Shown here: in pieces, positions 9,231 to 17,544 of the stretch
How positions within the stretch are numbered: the first letter of the stretch is position 1
How the letters are laid out: every line of letters starts with the position of its first letter
Assembly (NCBI GenBank): GCA_037131365.1
Contig: JBAXRE010000004.1
Coordinates: forward strand, 71,508 to 135,507
Direction of reading: 5' to 3'
DNA length: 64,000 nt
Origin: Sphingomonadales bacterium
GTDB taxonomy: Bacteria; Pseudomonadota; Alphaproteobacteria; Sphingomonadales; Sphingomonadaceae
Made by a program: the position numbers and the translations under genes
The notes under the pieces: model-generated
What the model was told of the DNA's origin: nothing
Database searches by the model: none
Seen by the model: the letters and a program-made list of their open reading frames with translations, nothing else

Positions 9231-10664
9231 ATGTTCGACACGATGTTCACCGATGTCACGGCACTGGCCCTCGCGCGGTTCCAGTTCGCGTTCACGGTGT
9301 CGTTCCATTTCATCTTCCCGGCCTTCTCCATTGGCCTTGCGTCCTATCTTGCTGTTCTGGAAGGCCTTTGGCTGAAGACCGGGCGCGATGTGTATCTGCA
9401 ATTGTTCAAATATTGGCTGAAGATCTTCGCCATCGCCTTTGGCATGGGCGTCGTCTCCGGCATCGTCATGGCCTATCAGTTCGGCGCCAACTGGGCGGCC
9501 TTCTCCGACAAGGCGGGGCCGGTGATCGGCCCGCTGATGGCCTATGAGGTGCTGTCGGCTTTCTTCCTGGAATCGGGCTTCCTGGGCGTGATGCTGTTCG
9601 GGCTCGACCGGGTGGGCAAGAAGCTCCACTTCCTTGCCACCTGCCTGGTGGCCATTGGCACGACGATTTCGGCCTTCTGGATTATCGTGGTCAACAGCTG
9701 GATGCAGACGCCGCAGGGCTTTGGCATCGCTCCGAACGGCCAATTCTATGCGCTGGATTGGCTCAGCGTGATCTTCAACCCCTCCATGCCCTATCGCCTC
9801 ACCCACACGCTGCTGGGGGCCTATCTCACCACCGCGCTGGTGGTCGGCGCGGTGGGCGCGTTCCACCTGCTGAAGGATCGCCGGCTTGGCCGCGCCGCCC
9901 AGCCGGCCACGCGCATCATGTTCGCCATGGCGATGGGGATGGTGGCCGTCACCGCGCCGCTGCAGATCTTGGCCGGGCACGAGCATGGCGTGAACACGCT
10001 GAAGCACCAGCCGGCCAAGATCGCCGCCATCGAGGGTCATTATGAAAGCCACGACCGCGAAGCGCCGCTGATCCTGTTCGGCATCCCCGACGACACGGCG
10101 CAGGTGATGCGCCACAAGATCCAGATCCCGATGGTGGGCAGCCTGGTGCTCAACCACCGCTTTGACGCGCCGACGATGGGCCTCGACAAGGTGAAGCCGG
10201 AAAATCGCGCCAAGGTTGCCTTTCCCTTCTTCGCGTTCCGCGTGATGGTGGGGCTGGGGCTGCTGATGCTGGTGCTGGGCGGCTGGGCGGCGCTGTCGGC
10301 CGTACGCCGGCGCCTGTTCGATACGCCGTGGCTGCACCGCCTGGCGCTTGCCATGGGCCCGGCCGGCTTCATCGCTGTGCTGGCCGGCTGGGTCACCACC
10401 GAAACCGGGCGTCAGCCGTTCACGGTGTTCGGCGTGCTGCGGACGGCCGAAAGCGCCAGCCCGCTGGCCCTGCCGGCGGTGGCGGCCTCGCTGATCGCCT
10501 TCATCCTGGTCTATTTCTTCGTGTTCGGGGTGGGCAGCTGGTTCATCATCAAGCTGATGGGCAGCGCGCCCAGCCCGGCCGAACCCGATCCGGCACCCGA
10601 TCACGCCGCCGATGTGGGCAGCCTGCCGCCCGATGCCCCCTATGGCTTCCAGTTCGCGGAATAA
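9231..10664 (+). CDS. cydA: Cytochrome bd(-like) ubiquinol oxidase subunit I (short Q-loop, CioA type)
   Basis: LARFQFAFTVSFHFIFP, FGMGVVSG, EVLSAFFLE, HQPAKIAAIEG, GWVTTETGRQP. Confidence 0.95.
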   Translation: MFDTMFTDVTALALARFQFAFTVSFHFIFPAFSIGLASYLAVLEGLWLKTGRDVYLQLFKYWLKIFAIAFGMGVVSGIVMAYQFGANWAAFSDKAGPVIGPLMAYEVLSAFFLESGFLGVMLFGLDRVGKKLHFLATCLVAIGTTISAFWIIVVNSWMQTPQGFGIAPNGQFYALDWLSVIFNPSMPYRLTHTLLGAYLTTALVVGAVGAFHLLKDRRLGRAAQPATRIMFAMAMGMVAVTAPLQILAGHEHGVNTLKHQPAKIAAIEGHYESHDREAPLILFGIPDDTAQVMRHKIQIPMVGSLVLNHRFDAPTMGLDKVKPENRAKVAFPFFAFRVMVGLGLLMLVLGGWAALSAVRRRLFDTPWLHRLALAMGPAGFIAVLAGWVTTETGRQPFTVFGVLRTAESASPLALPAVAASLIAFILVYFFVFGVGSWFIIKLMGSAPSPAEPDPAPDHAADVGSLPPDAPYGFQFAE

Positions 10665-10667
10665 GCG

Positions 10668-11672
10668 ATGCCGCCCGATCCCACCCTCACATTGATCTGG
10701 GCCGGCATCATCGGCCTGGCCATCTTCATCTATGTCGTCACCGACGGCTTTGATCTGGGCATCGGCATCCTGTTCCCGGTTCTGGCGCCGGGCGGGGAGC
10801 GTGAGACGGCGATAGCCACCATCAAGCCGGTGTGGGACGCCAACCAGACCTGGCTGGTGCTGGGCGGTGGCGGTGTGTTCGCCGCCTTTCCGCTGGCCTA
10901 TGCCATATTGATGCCGGCGGTCTATGCGCCGCTGATCGCCATGCTGCTGGGGCTGATCTTCCGCGGCGTCGCCTTCAAATATCGCGCCCGCACCAGCCGC
11001 ATCTGGCTGTGGGATTTCGCCTTCTTTGCCGGCTCCACCACGGCGGCCTTCGCGCAAGGGGTGATCCTGGGCGCGGTGCTGCAGGGGGTGAAAGTGGCGG
11101 GGCGCAGCTATGCCGGTGGCTGGTGGGATTGGCTGTCGCCCTTCTCGCTGCTCACCGGCGTGTCGGTGATTGCCGCCTATGCGCTGCTGGGGGCGTGCTG
11201 GCTGATCTGGCGCACGGAAGGGCGGGTGCAGGATCATGCCTATCGCATGGCCTGGCGCGCCGGCGCGGCCAGCCTGGCCGCCATTGCCGCCGTCAGCGCC
11301 GCCACGCCGCTTCTCAGCCATGATTATTTCAGCCGCTGGTTCGAACCGCCCGGCCTCTATTTTTCGGCACCTGTGCCGGTGCTGGTGGCCGTCACCGGCG
11401 TCCTGTTCATCCGCGCCCTCAAGCGCCGGGCCGAAATCGCGCCGTTTGTGCTGGCCGAATCGCTGTTCCTGCTCACCTTCATCGGCCTGGGCATCTCAAT
11501 CTTTCCGTGGGCCGTGCCGGGTCAGGTGACGATCTGGGCCGCGGCAACCGCTGCCAACGCACAAAGCTTCATGCTGGTTGGCGTGGGCGTGCTGCTGCCG
11601 GTGATCCTGGGCTACACGATGTACGGATATTGGCTGTTCCGCGGCAAGGTCGGGCCGGAATTTTATGGCTGA
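10668..11672 (+). CDS. cydB: Cytochrome bd ubiquinol oxidase subunit II
   Basis: DGFDLGIGIL, PVWDANQTWLV, C-terminal YWLFRGKV. Follows cydA by 3 nt. Confidence 0.95.
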   Translation: MPPDPTLTLIWAGIIGLAIFIYVVTDGFDLGIGILFPVLAPGGERETAIATIKPVWDANQTWLVLGGGGVFAAFPLAYAILMPAVYAPLIAMLLGLIFRGVAFKYRARTSRIWLWDFAFFAGSTTAAFAQGVILGAVLQGVKVAGRSYAGGWWDWLSPFSLLTGVSVIAAYALLGACWLIWRTEGRVQDHAYRMAWRAGAASLAAIAAVSAATPLLSHDYFSRWFEPPGLYFSAPVPVLVAVTGVLFIRALKRRAEIAPFVLAESLFLLTFIGLGISIFPWAVPGQVTIWAAATAANAQSFMLVGVGVLLPVILGYTMYGYWLFRGKVGPEFYG

Positions 11673-11778
11673 GGGCCCGCTGGGCCGCCGCCTGCTGTGG
11701 TTCGCCGCGCTGTGGGCCGGCGGCGTTGGCACGGTTGCGCTGGTCGGGCTCCTGCTGCGCCGCTGGCTGCTCGGCTAG
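11665..11778 (+). CDS. 37-aa single-TM protein, DUF2474-like small cytochrome bd-associated ORF (not in the ORF track)
   Basis: ATG overlaps the end of cydB. Reads MAEGPLGRRLLWFAALWAGGVGTVALVGLLLRRWLLG*, matching the RRLxWFxxLWxxxV pattern seen after cioAB/cydAB. Confidence 0.75.
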   Translation: MAEGPLGRRLLWFAALWAGGVGTVALVGLLLRRWLLG

Positions 11779-11877
11779 GCCGGAGCCAATACTGCCTGCC
11801 AAACTGGCGCAAATCTTATCCATTTCGAAACATTTATTTCCACATCCTGCCAATGTGCCTTGCTATGACAATCACGT

Positions 11878-11893
11878 GACGTAAATTTGCGTC
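11878..11893. promoter_or_regulatory. Near-perfect 16-bp palindrome in an AT-rich stretch (candidate operator)
   Basis: GACGTAAATTTGCGTC has one mismatch to perfect dyad symmetry and lies about 115 nt upstream of the next ORF. Confidence 0.35.
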
Positions 11894-12009
11894 TGTGATG
11901 TTTGGCGAGTCGCCCGGCGGGCGATGATCCGTTGAACCGTCGCCGGCCGGAGGGGTGGCCTGCGATGGGAAGGGCCTGGCATCGCACATGTGCGTGGGAG
12001 GCAAAGCCA

Positions 12010-12330
12010 ATGCTGGTCGGCGCGACGGCAATCAGCCTGATTGTCTGGACATTCATGTTCCTTGTCGTCTTCAACTTCCTGCCGGCCTGCGTCGCCTATG
12101 TGAACGGGCATCCGGATCGCCATCTGCTGGCGGTTCTGAACATCGTGTCGCTGTTTTCCTTCGCGCTGTGGATTGCGCTGATGGCCTGGGCGGCCTCCGG
12201 CACCAGCAGCCATCCCGTCGTCATGCGTTTCGTGGGTTCGCCGCAGCAGCGCCGCCGCCTCGTTGCATCGGTGCTGACGCTGGTCGTGGCCGGCGTTGCG
12301 ACCACGGCCCTCACCCTCAAATTCGCCTGA
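12010..12330 (+). CDS. Small membrane protein resembling the superinfection immunity protein family
   Basis: FLPACVAYVNGHPDRHLLAVLNIVSLFSFALWIALMAWA resembles YFLPxxxA..RxHxN...I..LN....WT..GW..AL.WA. GGAGG SD 8 nt before ATG 12010. Confidence 0.6.
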   Translation: MLVGATAISLIVWTFMFLVVFNFLPACVAYVNGHPDRHLLAVLNIVSLFSFALWIALMAWAASGTSSHPVVMRFVGSPQQRRRLVASVLTLVVAGVATTALTLKFA

Positions 12331-12450
12331 ACAGGCCGGCGTCTCGCCCTGCGGTGCCAGTGAACGCGCGGCACGTGCGCCAAAGTCACGCCATTGTTGC
12401 CTTGCACTCCTTTTTCTGCCTGCTATAGGCCAGCGCTTCCTGCCCCGGGC

Positions 12451-12535
12451 GCGGGCGTGGCGGAATTGGTAGACGCGCCGGATTTAGGTTCCGGTGTCGA
12501 AAGACGTGGGGGTTCGAGTCCCTTCGCCCGCACCA
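12451..12535 (+). tRNA. tRNA-Leu (anticodon TAG)
   Basis: GCGGGCG acceptor, D-loop GGAATTGGTAGA, anticodon stem CCGGA-TTTAGGT-TCCGG, long variable arm GTC-GAAA-GAC, TTCGAGT T-loop, CCA end. Confidence 0.97.
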
Positions 12536-12597
12536 GCCGTCCTCGGCCCGCCCGGGGCCGATCCTGTTTTCACCTTTTGCCATAGACGGGTTCTTCG

Positions 12598-14199
12598 ATG
12601 CAGATTGCCGAAATCACCAACCAGGGCCTGCGCCGCGCTTATTCGCTGGTGATCCCCGCCGATCAGATCGCCAAGCGGCTGGATGCCCGCCTCGCGGAAG
12701 TGTCGAAAACCATCAAGATGCCCGGCTTCCGTCCCGGCAAGGTGCCGGCCAACCTGGTGCGCAAGATGCACGGGCCGGCGCTGCGCGGCGAAGCCTTGCA
12801 GGAAGCGCTGAACGACGGCGTCAACAAGGTCATCGCCGATCATGGCCTGCGCCCGGCCACCCAGCCGCAGGTCGATGTGGATGGCGAGCTGGCCGACGAC
12901 GGCGATGCCCGCTTCACCGTCAGCCTGGAAGTGCTGCCCACCATCGCCGACGTGAAGGCCGGTGATCTGGAACTGGAAAAGCTGGTGGTGCCGGCTGACG
13001 ATGGCGCCATGGACGCGGCACTGGCCCGTCTGGCGGAATCGGCCCAGCGCACCGAACCGGCCAAGGCCAAGCACAAGGCCGCCACCGGCGACACCGTGGT
13101 CATCGATTTCGAAGGCAAGATCGATGGCGTGAAGTTCGACGGCGGCAGCGGCGAAGGCATGCGCGTCAAGATCGGTTCGGGCCAGCTCATCCCCGGTTTC
13201 GAAGACCAGCTGATCGGCGCCAAGCTCAATGAGCAGCGCACGCTGAACGTCAGCTTCCCGGCCGATTACGGCGCCAAGAATCTGGCCGGCAAGGCCGCCA
13301 CCTTCGATGTGACGGTGACCGCCGTTGAAGTGCCGGCCGAAACCACGATCGACGACGAATTTGCCAAGGGCTTCGGCCTCGACAGCCTCGATGCGCTCAA
13401 GGAAATCCTGAAGGATCAGCTTGATGCCGAACTGGGCACGCTGTCGCGCACCTACCTGAAGCGCAAGCTGCTCGACACGCTGGCCGCCCGCCACGATTTC
13501 GACGTGCCGGAATCGATGGTGGAAGCTGAATTCGAGCAGATCTGGCAGACGCTGGAAGCCGAAGCCGCCCGCGAAGCCGATCCGGATGCCGCCAAGGCCC
13601 AGATCGAAGCCGAGCGTGAGGATTATCGCCGTATCGCCGTCCGCCGCGTCCGCCTCGGCCTGCTGCTCTCGGAAATCGGCCAGCGCAACAACATCACCGT
13701 CTCCCAGGCCGAAATGAACCGCCTGATCGGCCAGGAAGCCGCGCGCTATGCTCCGGCTGAACAGCAGAAGGTGGTGAAGTTCTTCCAGGAAAACGCCATG
13801 GCCGCCATGCAGCTGCGCGCGCCGCTGTATGAGGACAAGGTGGTCGATTTCCTGATCGGCCAGGCCAACATCACCGAACGCGCCGTCACCCGCGCCGAGC
13901 TGGAAGCCGCGATCGAGAGCGAGGATGAAACCCCCGGCGGTCACGTCCATGGCCCGGGCTGCGGCCATGATCATCACGATCACGACCATGATCACGCTCC
14001 GGCCAAGCCCAAGAAGGCGGCGCCGAAGAAGGTCAAGGCCGAAGCTGCTCCCGCTGCTGAAGCGGCCCCGGCTGCCGAAGCCGAGCCGGTGAAGAAGCCG
14101 GCGAAGAAGGCTGCCGCCAAGAAGGCCGAAGCCGAACCGGCCGCCGAAGCGGCGCCGGCCCCGGCGAAGGCGAAGAAGGCCGCCAAGAAGGCCGACTGA
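12598..14199 (+). CDS. tig: Trigger factor with extended His-rich and Lys/Ala/Pro-rich tail
   Basis: MPGFRPGKVP ribosome-binding motif, FKBP-like IDFEGK...IPGFEDQLIG. Sits between tRNA-Leu and clpP. Confidence 0.97.
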   Translation: MQIAEITNQGLRRAYSLVIPADQIAKRLDARLAEVSKTIKMPGFRPGKVPANLVRKMHGPALRGEALQEALNDGVNKVIADHGLRPATQPQVDVDGELADDGDARFTVSLEVLPTIADVKAGDLELEKLVVPADDGAMDAALARLAESAQRTEPAKAKHKAATGDTVVIDFEGKIDGVKFDGGSGEGMRVKIGSGQLIPGFEDQLIGAKLNEQRTLNVSFPADYGAKNLAGKAATFDVTVTAVEVPAETTIDDEFAKGFGLDSLDALKEILKDQLDAELGTLSRTYLKRKLLDTLAARHDFDVPESMVEAEFEQIWQTLEAEAAREADPDAAKAQIEAEREDYRRIAVRRVRLGLLLSEIGQRNNITVSQAEMNRLIGQEAARYAPAEQQKVVKFFQENAMAAMQLRAPLYEDKVVDFLIGQANITERAVTRAELEAAIESEDETPGGHVHGPGCGHDHHDHDHDHAPAKPKKAAPKKVKAEAAPAAEAAPAAEAEPVKKPAKKAAAKKAEAEPAAEAAPAPAKAKKAAKKAD

Positions 14200-14220
14200 C
14201 ACCAGCCGAACCGTACAGAG

Positions 14221-14255
14221 ACGCACCCGGCGGGCCGCCCGCCGGGTGCGTTTTT
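14221..14255 (+). terminator. Rho-independent terminator after tig
   Basis: ACGCACCCGGCGG / CCGCCGGGTGCGT stem followed by a T run. Confidence 0.8.
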
Positions 14256-14359
14256 GTTGGTGGCGGCCACACAGTTGTGGACAGGTGCCGCAGGGACCGG
14301 CTTTGCCCCCTTGAACTTGGGCTCCAAACGTCCGAACTAGAAGCCCAAGGAGACTCCGC

Positions 14360-14989
14360 ATGATCGATCCCGTCGCTGGTCTGGTTCCCATCGTCATCGA
14401 AAGCTCGAACCGCGGTGAGCGCAGCTTCGACATCTATTCGCGGCTGCTGCGCGATCGCATCGTGTTCGTGAACGGCCAGGTGGAAGACAATATGGCGTCG
14501 CTGATCGTCGCCCAGCTGCTGTTCCTGGAATCGGAAAATCCCAAGAAAGACATCTGGATGTACATCAACTCGCCGGGCGGGGTGATCACGTCCGGCATGG
14601 CGATCTATGACACGATGCAGTATATCCGCCCCAAGGTTGGCACCGTGTGTGTCGGCCAGGCCGCTTCGATGGGCAGCTTCCTGCTCGCCGCGGGGGAGCC
14701 GGGCATGCGCATCGCGCTGAAGAATGCCCGCATCATGGTGCACCAGCCGTCGGGCGGTGCCCAAGGTCAGGCGACGGACATCGAGATCCAGGCCCGCGAG
14801 ATCCTGCGCATCCGCAGCATTTTGAACAATCTCTATGTCAAGCACACCGGCAAGGATCTCGACACGATCGAGAAGGCCATGGAGCGCGACAAGTTCATGG
14901 ATGCCGATGAGGCCAAGGAGTTCGGCCTGATCGATGCCGTGATGGAAAAGCGCCCGCTGCCGACCGAAGGCGACCAGATCGCCGCCTGA
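14360..14989 (+). CDS. clpP: ATP-dependent Clp protease proteolytic subunit
   Basis: [29 protein letters not shown]. Confidence 0.98.
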   Translation: MIDPVAGLVPIVIESSNRGERSFDIYSRLLRDRIVFVNGQVEDNMASLIVAQLLFLESENPKKDIWMYINSPGGVITSGMAIYDTMQYIRPKVGTVCVGQAASMGSFLLAAGEPGMRIALKNARIMVHQPSGGAQGQATDIEIQAREILRIRSILNNLYVKHTGKDLDTIEKAMERDKFMDADEAKEFGLIDAVMEKRPLPTEGDQIAA

Positions 14990-15215
14990 TGGCGCGCCGT
15001 CGAGAGCCGAAGACAGCGTGGGCGATCGGCCGATCGCCGCAGTGATGAGACGCTTTGCGCAATCCCTGCCCTTGCGGCGGGCGGCGAATCATCGCTACAC
15101 TGAAGAGCCGGTGGCTTGCCGGCACGATGTTTTGCCGGTTTGGGCGGGCCGGCGTGTGAATGGCCAACCCTGATCCGCCAAAAGCGGCCAGGGGTCAGCC
15201 GATGGAAGGAAGACC

Positions 15216-16466
15216 ATGACGAAGCTGGGCGGCAGCGACAGCAAAGGCACGCTTTACTGCAGCTTCTGTGGCAAGAGCCAGCATGAAGTCAGGAAGCTCA
15301 TCGCCGGGCCGACCGTGTTCATCTGCGATGAATGCGTCGAGCTGTGCAACGACATCATTCGCGAGGAAACCAAGACCGCGCTGGTCAAGAAGTCCGGCGA
15401 CGTGCCGACCCCGCGCGAGATCTGCAAGGTGCTAGACGATTATGTGATCGGCCAGTTCCACGCCAAGCGCGTGCTGTCGGTTGCCGTGCACAATCACTAC
15501 AAGCGCCTGAACCACGGCGGCAAGGGTTCGGAAGTCGAACTCGCCAAGTCGAACATCCTGCTGGTTGGCCCCACCGGTTGCGGCAAGACGCTGCTGGCAC
15601 AGACGCTGGCGCGCATCCTGGACGTGCCGTTCACCATGGCCGATGCCACCACGCTCACCGAAGCCGGCTACGTGGGCGAGGATGTGGAAAACATCATCCT
15701 GAAGCTGCTGCAGGCCAGCGACTACAACGTCGAACGCGCCCAGCGCGGCATCGTCTACATCGATGAAATCGACAAGATTTCCCGCAAGTCGGACAATCCG
15801 TCGATCACCCGCGACGTTTCGGGTGAAGGCGTGCAGCAGGCGCTGCTGAAGATCATGGAAGGCACCACCGCCTCCGTGCCGCCGCAGGGCGGGCGCAAGC
15901 ATCCGCAGCAGGAATTCCTGCAGGTGGACACGACGAACATCCTGTTCATCTGCGGCGGTGCCTTCTCCGGCCTTGATCGCATCATCGGGGATCGGATGCA
16001 GGGCCGCGGCATGGGCTTTGGCGCCCATGTCGCCGCGCCGGACGAGCGCCGGGTGGGCGAACTGCTGCGCAAGTGCGAGCCGGAAGATCTGCTGCGCTTT
16101 GGCCTGATTCCGGAGTTCATCGGCCGTCTGCCGGTGATCGCCACGCTGGAAGACCTGGATGAGCCGGCGCTGATCAAGATCCTGACCGAGCCGAAGAACG
16201 CGCTGGTGAAGCAATATGCCCGCCTGTTCGAGATGGAGGGTGTGAAGCTCACCTTCTCGGCCGACGCCCTCTCCGCTGTCGCCAAGCGCGCCATCGAGCG
16301 CAAGACTGGCGCGCGCGGCCTGCGTTCAATCATGGAAGGCATCTTGCTCGACACCATGTTCGATCTCCCCGGCCTGGAAGGCCTGGAAGAGGTGCAGGTG
16401 GACAAGGATGTCGTGGCCGGCACCAAGCAGCCGGTGCGCCTGATGGTGGCCGAAAAGGCCGCCTGA
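15216..16466 (+). CDS. clpX: ATP-dependent Clp protease ATP-binding subunit
   Basis: CSFCGK zinc finger, [31 protein letters not shown]. Confidence 0.98.
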   Translation: MTKLGGSDSKGTLYCSFCGKSQHEVRKLIAGPTVFICDECVELCNDIIREETKTALVKKSGDVPTPREICKVLDDYVIGQFHAKRVLSVAVHNHYKRLNHGGKGSEVELAKSNILLVGPTGCGKTLLAQTLARILDVPFTMADATTLTEAGYVGEDVENIILKLLQASDYNVERAQRGIVYIDEIDKISRKSDNPSITRDVSGEGVQQALLKIMEGTTASVPPQGGRKHPQQEFLQVDTTNILFICGGAFSGLDRIIGDRMQGRGMGFGAHVAAPDERRVGELLRKCEPEDLLRFGLIPEFIGRLPVIATLEDLDEPALIKILTEPKNALVKQYARLFEMEGVKLTFSADALSAVAKRAIERKTGARGLRSIMEGILLDTMFDLPGLEGLEEVQVDKDVVAGTKQPVRLMVAEKAA

Positions 16467-16486
16467 GGTTCATCGCACCAAGTTTG

Positions 16487-16523
16487 AAAGGCGCAGTGCC
16501 CGGCGCGGGCGCTGCGCCTTTTT
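16487..16523. terminator. Bidirectional terminator between clpX and the convergent gene
   Basis: AAAGGCGCAGTGCCC / GGGCGCTGCGCCTTT stem with a downstream T run. Confidence 0.75.
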
Positions 16524-16551
16524 CATTGCCCGCCATGGCGGCGCGGACCGC

Positions 16552-17223
16552 TCAGCGCCGGGCGGCGAACCAGATGACGTGGGTGGCGCCCTTGCCATTT
16601 TCGCGGGCGCGCACTTTCACGGTTTCGACGCTGAAACCGGCGCGTTCCAACTGGCGGCCGAAGGCGGTGTCGGGCGCGGCGGACCAGATGGCGAGTATGC
16701 CGCCCGGGCGCAGGGCGGCGCGGGCGGTGGCGAGGCCGAGCGGGCTGTAAAGGCCATCATTGGCCTCCCGCGTCAGCCCGTCCGGCCCATTGTCCACATC
16801 CAGCAATATCGCGTCGTAAGTGGCCGGGGCGGCGGCCATCACGGCGCCGACATCGCCCATTTGCAGCGTGACGCGCTTGTCGTCGAGGCAGCCGGCGGCA
16901 ACCTCGGCCATCGGCCCGCGCGCCCAGTCGATGATACCGGGCACCAATTCCGCCACCGTCACCCGTGCGTCCTTGCCCAACTGGCCCAGCACCGCGCGCA
17001 GGGTGAAGCCCATGCCATAGCCGCCGATCAGCAGGTGAGGGGCCTTGATGTGCGCCAGCCGCTCGCAGGCCATGCTGCCCAGCGCCACTTCCGATCCGAA
17101 CTGCCGCGTGCTCATCAGCTCGTTGCGATCAAGCACGATCATGAAATCACCGCCGCGCCGGAACAGGCGCAGTGGCGGCCCGCCGGGCACTTCGGCGATG
17201 CCGATCAGTTCGCGGGGTTGCAC
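16552..17223 (-). CDS. Spermidine-synthase-like / MnmC-like SAM-dependent methyltransferase
   Basis: LLIGGYGMGFTL SAM-binding motif, DAILLDVDNGPDG, LRPGGILAIWSA. Confidence 0.85.
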   Translation of the reverse strand: MQPRELIGIAEVPGGPPLRLFRRGGDFMIVLDRNELMSTRQFGSEVALGSMACERLAHIKAPHLLIGGYGMGFTLRAVLGQLGKDARVTVAELVPGIIDWARGPMAEVAAGCLDDKRVTLQMGDVGAVMAAAPATYDAILLDVDNGPDGLTREANDGLYSPLGLATARAALRPGGILAIWSAAPDTAFGRQLERAGFSVETVKVRARENGKGATHVIWFAARR

Positions 17224-17226
17224 GGC

Positions 17227-17544
17227 TTACGCCACGACCTGGCGGCAGTGCGGGCACTTGCGGCGGGGAAAGATGGTGAGCCCCTTGATCATCAACGGCT
17301 TGGCGCAACCGGGGCACTTGATGAGGTAAATCACGCCCAGGTTGATCAGCAAGGCGATGGGCGGCAGCACATAGCCCACCAGCCGCAGCGGCGCCGGCCA
17401 CGGCAGCAGCCAGAACAGGATCGGCAGGCCGAACGCCTGCGCCATCTGGTTCCACTGCACGCGGTAGAGGCCGGGCTGCGGGCCATCGACGGCGGCGGGC
17501 CCTTCGACAGGCTCAGGGCGAGCGGATCGCTTGTTGCGGTTCAT
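17227..17544 (-). CDS. Small 2-TM membrane protein with C-terminal Zn-ribbon (CPGC...CPHC)
   Basis: ATG overlaps the upstream stop (ATGA). Two hydrophobic segments and two CxxC pairs. Confidence 0.65.
   Translation of the reverse strand: MNRNKRSARPEPVEGPAAVDGPQPGLYRVQWNQMAQAFGLPILFWLLPWPAPLRLVGYVLPPIALLINLGVIYLIKCPGCAKPLMIKGLTIFPRRKCPHCRQVVA
17500..17526. repeat. Half copy of the CTTCGACAGGCTCAG palindromic repeat family, inside a CDS
   Basis: CCCTTCGACAGGCTCAGGGCGAGCGGA, same core as the arms at 56583-56658. Encodes SARPEPVEG in the ORF. Confidence 0.75.

Noticed and set aside
11978-12008. GTGGGAGGCAAAGCC resembling part of a c-di-GMP-I (GEMM) riboswitch
   Set aside because: No GNRA tetraloop or GGCAAAC context and no downstream stem. 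The GGAGG is better explained as the SD of the ATG at 12010.
12451-12600. Integrative element at tRNA-Leu
   Set aside because: tig follows directly, and I found no duplicated tRNA 3' end and no integrase in the window.
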